In this document: in pieces, positions 38,012 to 46,858 of the stretch | Position numbering within the stretch: position 1 is the stretch's first letter | Layout: each line of letters begins with the position of its first letter | Assembly (NCBI GenBank): GCA_038227875.1 | Contig: JBBRPR010000002.1 | Span: forward strand, 240,169-304,168 | DNA length: 64,000 nt | Source: Planctomycetota bacterium | GTDB lineage: Bacteria > Planctomycetota > SZUA-567 > H5-PLA8 | Direction of reading: 5' to 3' | Made by a program: the position numbers and the translations under genes | The notes under the pieces: model-generated | Told to the model about the DNA's origin: nothing | Database searches by the model: none | Seen by the model: only the letters and a program-made list of their open reading frames with translations

Positions 38012-39054
38012 TTTTTGCTCCTGGTTTTGCTCTTGGCTTTGGCTGGTGCCGGGGATTTCTTCTCGGTCTTGGCGGCTGTTTTCTTGACCGGGGCTTTGAC
38101 AGCCTTTTTAGTATCCGCCGCCGCTGCTTTTTCGGCTTTCGCGGCCTGCATCGCTTTCGCTTCCTTCGCGGAAAGTTGCGGGCGCGCGGGCTTGTCGGGA
38201 TACGTGCCGGTCTTCATCGCCCCGGCGTCGCGCGCGAGTTCCACGGCCGTCCAGAGATTATCCCATTCGTCCTGCGTGTTCTCGCGCGGCGTTTCCAGGA
38301 TCGCGGGCAGATGCCAGACGCGCGGATCGGCGAAGAACGCGCGGAAGCCGTCGAGGCCGATCACGCCCTTGCCGATGCTTTCGTGGCGGTCGAGCTTCGA
38401 ACCGAGCTCGCCCTTCGAATCGTTGAGATGGATGCACTTCAGCTTCTTCAGGCCCAGTGTCGCATCGATTTTATCGAGCATCGCTTTGACGCCATCAGGC
38501 GTGCGGATGTCGTAACCGGCGGCGATGGCATGGCAGGTGTCGAGACACAGCCCAAGCCGGTCGCCGAGTGCAGTCTCCTCCAGCAGCGTCGCGATCTCTT
38601 CGAAGGTCGTGCCCAGCGTCGTGCCGGAACCGGACGTGTTCTCGAAGAGAATCTCAGGGCCGCCGGGCACCATTGATGCCGCGTGCTGCATGCACTTGGC
38701 CACGCGCGTGCGGCCGATCACCGGACCCGCGCCGCCGTGGTTGCCGATGTGGAGCACGTAATACTTCGCGCCGATCTGTGCCGCGCGCTGCAGTTCGGTG
38801 ACGATGCTCTCCGAGGAGAGCTGATAAAATTTCTCGACGTTCGAAGCGGGATTAATCAGGTACGTGGCGTGGACGACGAGCGGATCGATGCTGTTTGCCG
38901 TCAGCCCCGCTCGGAATTGTTCAACGAACTGCGGATCGAGCGGCGACTTCTGCCAGCCGCGCGGATTGCCGCAGAACACCTGCAGCGCCTGGCAGCCGAT
39001 GTTCTTCGCGAACGCCGGTCCGTCCTTGAAACTCAGATGCATTCCAAAGCGCAA
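38008..39054 (-). CDS. nfo: Endonuclease IV with Lys/Ala-rich C-terminal tail
   Basis: 'VHATYLINPAS', 'VLHIG', 'ENTSG', 'LDTCH', 'HLNDSK', 'DRHE', 'LETP'. Confidence 0.92.
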   Translation of the reverse strand: MRFGMHLSFKDGPAFAKNIGCQALQVFCGNPRGWQKSPLDPQFVEQFRAGLTANSIDPLVVHATYLINPASNVEKFYQLSSESIVTELQRAAQIGAKYYVLHIGNHGGAGPVIGRTRVAKCMQHAASMVPGGPEILFENTSGSGTTLGTTFEEIATLLEETALGDRLGLCLDTCHAIAAGYDIRTPDGVKAMLDKIDATLGLKKLKCIHLNDSKGELGSKLDRHESIGKGVIGLDGFRAFFADPRVWHLPAILETPRENTQDEWDNLWTAVELARDAGAMKTGTYPDKPARPQLSAKEAKAMQAAKAEKAAAADTKKAVKAPVKKTAAKTEKKSPAPAKAKSKTRSKK

Positions 39055-39165
39055 AGTATCATCCTCGTATCGCGGCCATCGTGTTCCGGCAGTTTTGAAT
39101 TTTGAGTTTTGAATTAACTTCGCGGCGACAGTAATTCAGAACGAAGAACTCAAAACTGTCCGTCC

Positions 39166-40050
39166 CTACTCATTTTTCGGCTTCAGCTTTTTCTTAACCG
39201 GCTTCTCGGCCTTCACCGCCGGCTCTTCCTCGTCTTCGGCCTTCGGTTCTTCAGTCATGGGCTCGTCGGTCTTCTCTTCGGCATTGGCGTCTTCCGTAGT
39301 GGGTGCGGGCTTCTTGGAACTATGAGTCGCCGCCGGCGCCGGCGGCTTCATCTTTGCGCCGTCGAGGATCACGTGGATTTTGTTGCCTTCGCGTTTCAGC
39401 AGCTTGATGACTTTCAGATCTTCGAACGGATTCTGCTGTGTTCCTGATGCCGCGGGCGGCGCCTTGCCGGTCTGCTCCAGCGCCTTGGTCACGGTGCTCA
39501 AGTATAACCGCGCGAAGAACGGCACCGGCCGGTCGTGCATGATCACCTGCTTGACGTCCAGCTTGGTGAAGCGTCCTTCGTCCATTTCGCAATCGAAGAA
39601 CAGGTCGATGTTGACGTACTGCGGCGTGGTGGATCCAGCTTCCTTGACCGACGACGAGAACTTGACTTCGTAGTCGTTGTCGTGGAATCCGCCGCGGAAG
39701 ACGACTGTGTCGTTGGCCTTGCTCTTATTTTTCTTCTTGTCCTCGGCGATGATTTTCTCCATCACGCCGTTGAAGACTTCGGGGGTGACGTATTCGTCGA
39801 CAATCGCCTTGTTGGCCTGCGCCGTCGAGACCTTCATGATGATGCGGTCAACGTCTTCCTTCTCGCCTTCGCTCAAATTCAGCGGTGCGTACGTGGCGAT
39901 GGTCGGCTCTGCCGCGTTCTTGAACCACGAGATCGTCTGCCAGACGAGAATGCCAAAGATGATCAGCAGGATCGCAAAAATGCCCGCGACGATCGCCAGG
40001 ATCTTCAAGCAGCCAAACGACGATTTCTTTTCTGGAATGGGATCAGCCAC
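39166..40050 (-). CDS. Hypothetical single-pass membrane protein
   Basis: 'GCLKILAIV...' TM segment, acidic/basic tail; start reassigned to GTG 40050 with AAGGAG. Confidence 0.75.
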   Translation of the reverse strand: MADPIPEKKSSFGCLKILAIVAGIFAILLIIFGILVWQTISWFKNAAEPTIATYAPLNLSEGEKEDVDRIIMKVSTAQANKAIVDEYVTPEVFNGVMEKIIAEDKKKNKSKANDTVVFRGGFHDNDYEVKFSSSVKEAGSTTPQYVNIDLFFDCEMDEGRFTKLDVKQVIMHDRPVPFFARLYLSTVTKALEQTGKAPPAASGTQQNPFEDLKVIKLLKREGNKIHVILDGAKMKPPAPAATHSSKKPAPTTEDANAEEKTDEPMTEEPKAEDEEEPAVKAEKPVKKKLKPKNE

Positions 40051-40133
40051 GCGCGAACTCCTTGTGTGATTGGAATTAACATTCAACCACAACGAGTTAC
40101 GTGCGACAAGTGGAGTACAATCGCCGATTAAAT

Positions 40134-40169
40134 AAGCCAGCATGGGGACTATGGTCCCCATGCTGGCTT
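40134..40169 (-). terminator. Terminator-like hairpin
   Basis: AAGCCAGCATGGGGAC-TATG-GTCCCCATGCTGGCTT, 16-bp perfect stem, T-rich flanks. Confidence 0.75.
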
Positions 40170-40209
40170 TTAACCACCTGGCCAATTGGCCATAAGTAAA
40201 ACTACAACG

Positions 40210-40500
40210 CTACTTCGTCGCCATCTCCTTCGCTGAGTTCTTCTGAATCAGCGAGATGATCACTTGGTCGGAGACGTGGGCCTTGTGGAGCGCGATCACA
40301 TCGTCAGACGTGAGGTGCTTGGTCGCCTTCGCCTTTTCCACGGCGTCGATCAACTGTGTCTCCGTCGCGCCGCTCTGGGCAAGGCCCACGACGTCCGGCG
40401 TCGGGCCTGTGGCCGTTTGCGAACGCGAGTAGAGGAAGAAGCCGGCCACTCCAACCAGTACCAACGCGCCGAGCCCCAGGAACATGCCTTTGGTGTTCAT
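40210..40500 (-). CDS. Small membrane-anchored hypothetical protein
   Basis: N-terminal TM helix, two similar short helical repeats, GGAGG RBS. Confidence 0.75.
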   Translation of the reverse strand: MNTKGMFLGLGALVLVGVAGFFLYSRSQTATGPTPDVVGLAQSGATETQLIDAVEKAKATKHLTSDDVIALHKAHVSDQVIISLIQKNSAKEMATK

Positions 40501-40929
40501 GATTTCAACCCTCCCTTATCTTCTGTTTCAGATGCTGCAATCTCACTACTGCCCTGTATCTCTAACGATTCATCCGTGGCAGTATTCAGTATCAGTGGAG
40601 AAGCGAGTGCAGGGCCAATGTGCATTCACAGTTCTAAATCATTGGCGTAACAAGTCTTGCATCGGCATTTGAGGGCGTGGACGTGAGCGTATATCGACCG
40701 ATTTCCGGTGGCGCGGCGAGATTCGGAAGGGAACTACAGGCGTTGTGATAGCTGATGGAAAGGACAGCACGAAAGATGGAAATTGGTCCCGTCTCTGGAC
40801 AATCTATTCTAATCCGTTAGGTTATCCACGCTTCCGTCGTCGGGCTCGGGCGGAGGCCTTTGCTTTTCGAGCCCAAGTGTTACCTCAGAACGGCGCAATT
40901 CGCGGCATCGATCGAAGTGGGGCTGTGCA

Positions 40930-41030
40930 CTGAACACCCCGGCCGGAACGAGTTCGGCTGAATCGAGACAGCGGCGCGCAAGAGGATTCCCACCGGCTGA
41001 AAAATGCCGCGGCGGAATCCAGAAGGAGTT
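40930..41030 (+). promoter_or_regulatory. Structured rpsB 5' leader (possible S2 autoregulation)
   Basis: Two hairpins (GGCCG..CGGCT and GGATTCC..GGAATCC) directly before the AAGGAG RBS; function inferred from position. Confidence 0.3.
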
Positions 41031-41039
41031 TTCACCGCA

Positions 41040-41804
41040 ATGCCCATTATCAATGCCAAGGACCTGCTGGCCACGGGTGCTCATTTCGGACATCGCACCA
41101 GCCGCTGGAATCCCAAGATGGAGCCGTACATTCTTGGGAAGAAGAACAAGATTCACATCATCAACCTGCGCGAAACCGTCCGCGGCATCGTCGCTGCCTA
41201 CCACTACTGCAGCAAGATTGTGGGCGAAGGCAAGCAGGTGCTGTTCGTCGGCACCAAGCGCCAGGCGCGCGAAATCGTCACGATGCACGCGCAGCGCTGC
41301 GGCATGCCGTACGTCGCGGAACGCTGGCTGGGCGGTTCGATGACCAATCTCGAAACGATCCGCAAGCGCGTCAGCCGCTTGATCGAACTGGAAGGCTTCG
41401 ACGCCACCGGCGAAATCAATACCTACTCGAAGAAGATGCAGAGCTCGCTCAACCGCGAAAAGCGCAAGATCAAGCGCAACTTGGACGGCATCCGCACGAT
41501 GCAGAAGCTGCCCGGCGCGCTGTTCATCATCGATCCGCGCCTGGAACACAACGCGGTCATGGAAGCCCGCCGCCTGGCGATTCCGGTCATCGCGATGCTC
41601 GACACCGATGCCGATCCGACGCTGATCGACCTGCCGATTCCGGCCAACGATGACGCCATCCGCTCGATCGACCTGGTCGTGGCGAAGGTTGCCGACGGCT
41701 GCCTGGAAGGCTCCAACAAGCGCAAGTCCGGCGGCGGTTCCGCGCCGTTCGTCGCGCATCAGCCCAAGGAAGGCGCTCCGGCCACGCCCACCGGCGGAAA
41801 GTAA
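41040..41804 (+). CDS. rpsB: 30S ribosomal protein S2
   Basis: 'GAHFGH..RWNPKM', 'LFVGTK', 'RWLGGSMTN', '[10 protein letters not shown]'. Confidence 0.98.
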   Translation: MPIINAKDLLATGAHFGHRTSRWNPKMEPYILGKKNKIHIINLRETVRGIVAAYHYCSKIVGEGKQVLFVGTKRQAREIVTMHAQRCGMPYVAERWLGGSMTNLETIRKRVSRLIELEGFDATGEINTYSKKMQSSLNREKRKIKRNLDGIRTMQKLPGALFIIDPRLEHNAVMEARRLAIPVIAMLDTDADPTLIDLPIPANDDAIRSIDLVVAKVADGCLEGSNKRKSGGGSAPFVAHQPKEGAPATPTGGK

Positions 41805-41911
41805 GCAAGCAGCGCGTCAGCAGTACAATTAATCTTCGCGCCTCGGCGTTTGTTGCGCCGAGGCGCTCCCATTATACTAACAATGCGCGTCCGGGATGCG
41901 GGCGCGTGAGG

Positions 41912-42012
41912 GCTTTGGCTCTCGGCTCTTTGCACTTGGCTCTTGGTCCTGCCGGGTTGGACGTATCCATCGCCTGACAGGACCAAGAGCCAAGAGCTAA
42001 GAGCCAAGAGCT
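41912..42012. repeat. Inverted pair of heptamer tracts (TCTTGGC / GCCAAGA) in rpsB-tsf spacer
   Basis: Degenerate TCTTGGC repeats at 41912-41946 facing GCCAAGA repeats at 41981-42012. Confidence 0.65.
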
Positions 42013-42036
42013 GATCTGATCGAAGGAGAGATGAGA

Positions 42037-42906
42037 ATGAGCGACATTAACGCCGCATTGGTTGGAAAACTCCGTGAGAAATCCGGCGCGCGGCTGATGG
42101 ATTGCAAAAAGGCGCTGACCGAAACGCAGGCGGAATTCGGCGGCAGGGGCGAAAGCCCGTGGCTCGACGCGGCCGAAGGCTGGCTGCGCAAGAAGAGCCT
42201 CGACAAGGGCGGCTCGATGGCCGAGCGCGCGGCCGCAGAAGGCTTGCTGGGACACAAGGTCTCCAACGGTGGCAAGACGCTGACGGTTGTCGAAATGACG
42301 GCCAACACGGATTTCGTGGCGAAGAACCCGGAATTCACGACGCTGCTGAACTCGCTGGTCGAAATGGCCGACGCCAACAAGATCGATTCGGCCGAAAAGC
42401 TGAGCGCCATGACGCTCAACGGCCAGCCCGTCACCGATGTGGTCAAGTCGCTGGCCGGCAAGATCGGTGAGAACATCAGCCTCAAGCGCGTCGTCCGCTT
42501 CGACGGTGAAATCGGCTTCTACATTCATCACGACAACAAGCAGGGCGCCGTGGTGGAACTCGAAGGCGTCACCGGCGAAAAGGCGCAGGCGCTGGGCAAG
42601 GATATCTCCATGCATATCGTCTTCGCCAAGCCCAATTGCCTCACCCGCGAAGAAGTGAATCCGGAGCTGATCAAGAAGGAGCAGGACATCGCGACGGAAC
42701 GCTTGAAGGCCGATCCCAAGAACGCCAACAAGCCGCCGGAGATCATGGCCAAGATCGTCGCCGGCCAGGTCACCAAGTTCTACTCAACGCTCGTGCTGCC
42801 CGATCAGCCGTACTACAAGGACGGCGCCAAGACGGTCGCGCAGATCCTGAAGGACAACGGCGCAACGGTGAAGCGATTCGTGCGGTTCGAAGTCGGAGTC
42901 GTTTGA
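42037..42906 (+). CDS. tsf: Elongation factor Ts
   Basis: 'LREKSGARLMDCKKAL', 'TDFVAKN', 'KIGENI', 'RFVRFEVG'. Confidence 0.97.
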   Translation: MSDINAALVGKLREKSGARLMDCKKALTETQAEFGGRGESPWLDAAEGWLRKKSLDKGGSMAERAAAEGLLGHKVSNGGKTLTVVEMTANTDFVAKNPEFTTLLNSLVEMADANKIDSAEKLSAMTLNGQPVTDVVKSLAGKIGENISLKRVVRFDGEIGFYIHHDNKQGAVVELEGVTGEKAQALGKDISMHIVFAKPNCLTREEVNPELIKKEQDIATERLKADPKNANKPPEIMAKIVAGQVTKFYSTLVLPDQPYYKDGAKTVAQILKDNGATVKRFVRFEVGVV

Positions 42907-43013
42907 CGCTGGACGTTTGAAGAGTAAGGTAATGAGGACTGAGAAGCGCCGATCCTGGCGCTCTCAGTCCTCAGTCTTATCCAGCCGAATTTAACAATCC
43001 GAGAGCCGATTCC

Positions 43014-43859
43014 ATGTCGAGTACTGCGGACAACCACGACTCGAGCATCAGCAAGAAAAAACCCGTCGGCTCGATCGACATCAACCGCCCCAAGCCGCCG
43101 TCGTCGGGGTTCACTCCGGCGGTCAACGACGACCGGGTGCCGCGGTACAAGCGCATCATTTTGAAGCTGTCCGGCGAAATGCTCGGCGGCGATTCCGGCA
43201 AGGGCATCGACCCGGCGCAGATTCAGGTGCTCTGCGAACAGATCGTGGAACTCAAAGACCGCGTTGAAATCGCGGTCGTCATCGGCGGCGGCAACATCAT
43301 CCGCGGCGATGCGGCGAGCAAAGGCAGCGAACTGCTCCACCGCGCCACGGCCGATTACATGGGCATGCTGGCGACCATCATGAACGCCCTGGCGCTGCAG
43401 GACGCGCTGGAGAGCATGGGCGCGGAAACGCGCGTGATGTCGGCGATCAAGGCCGAAGAAGTCTGCGAACCGTACATCCGCCGCCGCGCGCTGCGCCATC
43501 TGGAACTCAAGCGCGTCGTGATTCTCGCCGGCGGCACCGGCAACCCGTACTTCACCACCGATACGACCGCGGCGCTGCGCGCGATGGAGATCAAGGCGGA
43601 GATCCTGATGAAGGCGACGAAGGTCGCCGGCGTCTTCGATTCCGATCCGGCCAAGAATCCCAACGCAAAGAAATACGACAAGCTCAACTACATGCAGGTA
43701 CTGCGCGACCGCCTGGGCGTGATGGACACGACCGCCATCTCCCTGTGCATGGACAACAAGCTGCCGATCCTGGTTTTCAGCCTCAAGGAACAGGGCAACA
43801 TCCGCCGCGCAGTGATGGGCGAGAATATCGGCACGATGGTCTGCGCCGAAGGAGAGTAA
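43014..43859 (+). CDS. pyrH: UMP kinase
   Basis: '[11 protein letters not shown]', 'GGGNIIRG', 'DYMGMLAT', 'GNPYFTTDT', 'VMDTTA'; ~40-aa N-terminal extension, start uncertain. Confidence 0.97.
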   Translation: MSSTADNHDSSISKKKPVGSIDINRPKPPSSGFTPAVNDDRVPRYKRIILKLSGEMLGGDSGKGIDPAQIQVLCEQIVELKDRVEIAVVIGGGNIIRGDAASKGSELLHRATADYMGMLATIMNALALQDALESMGAETRVMSAIKAEEVCEPYIRRRALRHLELKRVVILAGGTGNPYFTTDTTAALRAMEIKAEILMKATKVAGVFDSDPAKNPNAKKYDKLNYMQVLRDRLGVMDTTAISLCMDNKLPILVFSLKEQGNIRRAVMGENIGTMVCAEGE

Positions 43860-44036
43860 CGAGTCGATTTTCAAGTACGTGCGTGGCGCCTGACTCTGAC
43901 CTGCATTTCACGGTCCGTCCCCAAAGCGATGCTGTGACGTGCGGATCTCAGAGCCAGGGGCCACCAACGACGGAGCAGTGGAACACGAGAGCCGTTGAAC
44001 AGTAGAGAACACGATCGAGGCAGGGGAGCGCCGGAC

Positions 44037-44603
44037 ATGGATATTGATGAAATTCTGCTCGAAAGCGAAGACCGCATGATCAAATGCGTCGCCGATTACG
44101 ACGCGCACCTCAAGAGCGTCCGCTCGGGCCAGGCCAGCCCGGAGATGGTCGAACACATTCTCGTCGACATCCCAGCCTACGGCGGCGTGGTGAACTTGAA
44201 GAGCGTGGCGCTGACCAGCAAAGCCGACGCGCGCATGCTGGTGATCAAGCCCTTCGACCCGAAGACGATCAAGGAAATTGAAAAAGCGATCAACGCCGCG
44301 AACCTCGGCCTGACGCCCATGAACGACGGTAAGATCATCCGCCTGAATTTTCCGCCGATGAGCGAAGAGAATCGCAAGAAGCAGGTCAAGATCATCAAGG
44401 AACGCCTCGAGCAGCACAAAGTCACCGTCCGCAATATCCGCCACGATGCGCTGAAGGGCCTCAAGGAGCTCAAGGGCAAGGCCGGCGTCGGCGAAGACGC
44501 GGAGAAGAAGGCCGAAACGGACGTCAACGATCTGACCAAGAAATACGAAAGCGAATTGGACGCGAACTTCGAGAAGAAATCGAAAGAGATCATGACGGTG
44601 TGA
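44037..44603 (+). CDS. frr: Ribosome recycling factor
   Basis: 'VRSGQAS', 'LGLTPMNDG..IRL..PPMSEENRK', 'VRNIRHDA'. Confidence 0.96.
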   Translation: MDIDEILLESEDRMIKCVADYDAHLKSVRSGQASPEMVEHILVDIPAYGGVVNLKSVALTSKADARMLVIKPFDPKTIKEIEKAINAANLGLTPMNDGKIIRLNFPPMSEENRKKQVKIIKERLEQHKVTVRNIRHDALKGLKELKGKAGVGEDAEKKAETDVNDLTKKYESELDANFEKKSKEIMTV

Positions 44604-44686
44604 GCATTGCGCCACTATTTTGAAATCGTTAAATCCACGCGCGCCGCACCGGCGCGCGTCTTTTCTGAAAGAAGCAGTCACGCTTC

Positions 44687-45832
44687 ATGCTGAAAATCAA
44701 CATCACCCACCACGACAAGCTCGCCCGTTCCGGCGTCATCACCACCGACCATGGCACGATCGATACGCCCAGCTTCATGACCGTCGGCACGTTGGGCGCG
44801 CCAAAGGGCGTCACCCCCAAGGACGTGCTCGAGCACGGCGGACAAGTGCTGCTGATGAACGCCTTCCATCTCGCCTGGCGGCCGGGTGAGGAGCGCGTGA
44901 AGCGCCTGGGTGGGCTGCATAAGTTCTGCGGCTGGCCCGGGCCGATTCTCACCGACTCCGGCGGCTTCCAGATCTTCTCGCTGCCCGGTCTGCGCAAAAT
45001 CACCGACGAAGGTGCGCTCTTCGCCAGCCCGGTCGACGGCCTGATGCGCCTGTTCTCGCCGGAAGCCGTGGTCGACATTCAATGCGCGCTCGGGCCGGAT
45101 ATCGCGATGGTGCTCGATGAGTGTCCGGCTTTTCCGTGCACGCCGGCGGAACTCAGCGGCGCTGTCGACCGCAGCGTACGCTGGGCGCAGCGCTCGTACA
45201 CGCGCTGGAAAGACGTCGCGCCGCCGCACGTCAATCTCTTCGGCATCGTGCAGGGCGGTTTCAACGAACAGGAACGGCAGCGCTCGCTGGAAGCCACGGC
45301 GGCGATCCCCTTCGCGGGGTTGGCGCTCGGCGGATTCTGCGTCGGCGAAACCATCGAGGACACGCACCGCGGCATCGCCTTTACCGCGCCGAAAATGCCG
45401 GCCGAACGGCCGCGCTACCTGATGGGCATGGGCACGCCGGCCGATATCCTCCACGCGGTCGCGCACGGCATCGATCTCTTCGACTGCACCATCCCGACGC
45501 GCAACGGGCGCAACGGGCTGGCGTTCACCTCCGTCGGCCGCGTGCGCGTGAAGAACACCAAGCACAGCGACGACCCGTCGCCGCTCGATCCCAACTGCAA
45601 TTGCTATACCTGCACCAATTACGGGCGGGGCTTCCTCAGGCATTTGTCGCTTGCCCGTGAATTGAACGCGGCTATCTTGGTCTCTCTTCACAACTTGGCC
45701 TTCTATTTCAATCTCATGAAAGGAATACGAGAGGCCATTCGGGAGCAGCGGTTTTCGCAATACAGTTCGGATTTCATGGCGCGCTGGAATGCCGCATCTG
45801 AACCCGATGGCGACGAGGCCGACGACGCGTAA
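44687..45832 (+). CDS. tgt: tRNA-guanine transglycosylase
   Basis: 'TDSGGFQ', 'LDEC', 'GIVQGG', 'PRYLMGMG', 'FDC..PTRNGR', zinc site 'CNCYTC...HN'. Confidence 0.96.
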   Translation: MLKINITHHDKLARSGVITTDHGTIDTPSFMTVGTLGAPKGVTPKDVLEHGGQVLLMNAFHLAWRPGEERVKRLGGLHKFCGWPGPILTDSGGFQIFSLPGLRKITDEGALFASPVDGLMRLFSPEAVVDIQCALGPDIAMVLDECPAFPCTPAELSGAVDRSVRWAQRSYTRWKDVAPPHVNLFGIVQGGFNEQERQRSLEATAAIPFAGLALGGFCVGETIEDTHRGIAFTAPKMPAERPRYLMGMGTPADILHAVAHGIDLFDCTIPTRNGRNGLAFTSVGRVRVKNTKHSDDPSPLDPNCNCYTCTNYGRGFLRHLSLARELNAAILVSLHNLAFYFNLMKGIREAIREQRFSQYSSDFMARWNAASEPDGDEADDA

Positions 45833-45856
45833 CGCATAAAGGATCGACTACAGACC

Positions 45857-46249
45857 GTGGCAGATTCAAACAACACCACCGCAACACAAGGCACACCCAG
45901 CCCCGCGACTGGCACCGGAACGGGCACAGGCACAGGCGGCGCCGGACAGGGAGCTGGCTCGCCGTTCGATCCAGGCATGCTGCTGATGTTCGGTTCGATG
46001 GCGATCTTGTTCTGGCTGTTCATCGTCCGCCCGGAAAAGAAACGTCAGAAGGAAAAAGAAGCACTCACCTCCTCGCTGAAAAAGAGCGATAAAGTCGTCA
46101 CGATCTTCGGCATGTACGGCACGATCGTCGACATCGACGGCGAAGACATCACGCTGATGGTCGATCAGAAGAAGGAAGTCAAGATGCGCGTGCGGCGCAG
46201 CGCGATCGACCAGGTCCTGGTCGAGGAAACGAAGGAATCCAGGAAGTGA
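45857..46249 (+). CDS. yajC: Preprotein translocase subunit YajC
   Basis: TM helix then 'RPEKKRQK', 'LKKSDKVVTIFGMYGTI'; tgt-yajC-secD synteny. Confidence 0.95.
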   Translation: MADSNNTTATQGTPSPATGTGTGTGTGGAGQGAGSPFDPGMLLMFGSMAILFWLFIVRPEKKRQKEKEALTSSLKKSDKVVTIFGMYGTIVDIDGEDITLMVDQKKEVKMRVRRSAIDQVLVEETKESRK

Positions 46250-46704
46250 AGCAGTCCGACGCCAAGACTACTGGCCGCGCCATTCCGCTGTTCTCCGCGG
46301 TCGCGGCGTTGATGTCGCTGCTGACGGCCGCCGCTGGGCCGTTCTCGCAGACCGTCAAAGTGGTTCGCGTCGACTCCGCCACGCCGGAAAACCGGACCGG
46401 CGACTTCGAGCTGGAAATCAGCGCCATCGATCTGGCGCCAAAGCCGGAAGACACCTCTTCAAAGCCGAAGCAGCAGACGCATTCGCAGTCCGCGCCGGAG
46501 AAGTCCGCGAAGATCGTGCAGCCGCTCAGCGGCCATTGGGAATCGGCGGCGCAGATCGACCTGCCGGTGGCCGACGTTCCCGCCGCGACGCCGCTGGTCT
46601 CACCCACGTGGATCCACGCAAGCAGCACCGACGTTCCGAACACTGCAGTTGTCTCCTCGCACCAGGCGCCGATCAAAGCCGGGCGCGCTCCGCCGTACAT
46701 CTAG
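46246..46704 (+). CDS. secDF leader ORF; candidate RAPP-type ribosome arrest peptide
   Basis: Signal-peptide-like N-terminus, RAPP at 46684-46695 two codons before stop, GTGA overlap with yajC. Confidence 0.78.
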   Translation: MKQSDAKTTGRAIPLFSAVAALMSLLTAAAGPFSQTVKVVRVDSATPENRTGDFELEISAIDLAPKPEDTSSKPKQQTHSQSAPEKSAKIVQPLSGHWESAAQIDLPVADVPAATPLVSPTWIHASSTDVPNTAVVSSHQAPIKAGRAPPYI

Positions 46705-46858
46705 GCTCAACTCCTGCCGCACGAGCCTGGAGCTCATCCGCGGCGACACTCACACACAAAAATCGGCGGCCATTTGCTGCTGATGTTCGAATTTTGGCTC
46801 TGCTGCCGCCGTCCGCCTGTGCTGACGCGGTGCAGCATTTAGAACGAGGTGACGTCAC

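Noticed and set aside
41838..41866. Terminator after rpsB
   Set aside because: Strong GC stem but no U tract; could be a pause or stability hairpin
43883..43964. SRP (4.5S) RNA
   Set aside because: Lacks the GNRA tetraloop and conserved helix-8 internal loop; kept only as an unexplained hairpin
45900..45955. Thr-Gly repeat at the YajC N-terminus as a contingency locus
   Set aside because: Codons vary, so it is a protein-level low-complexity linker and not a slippage tract
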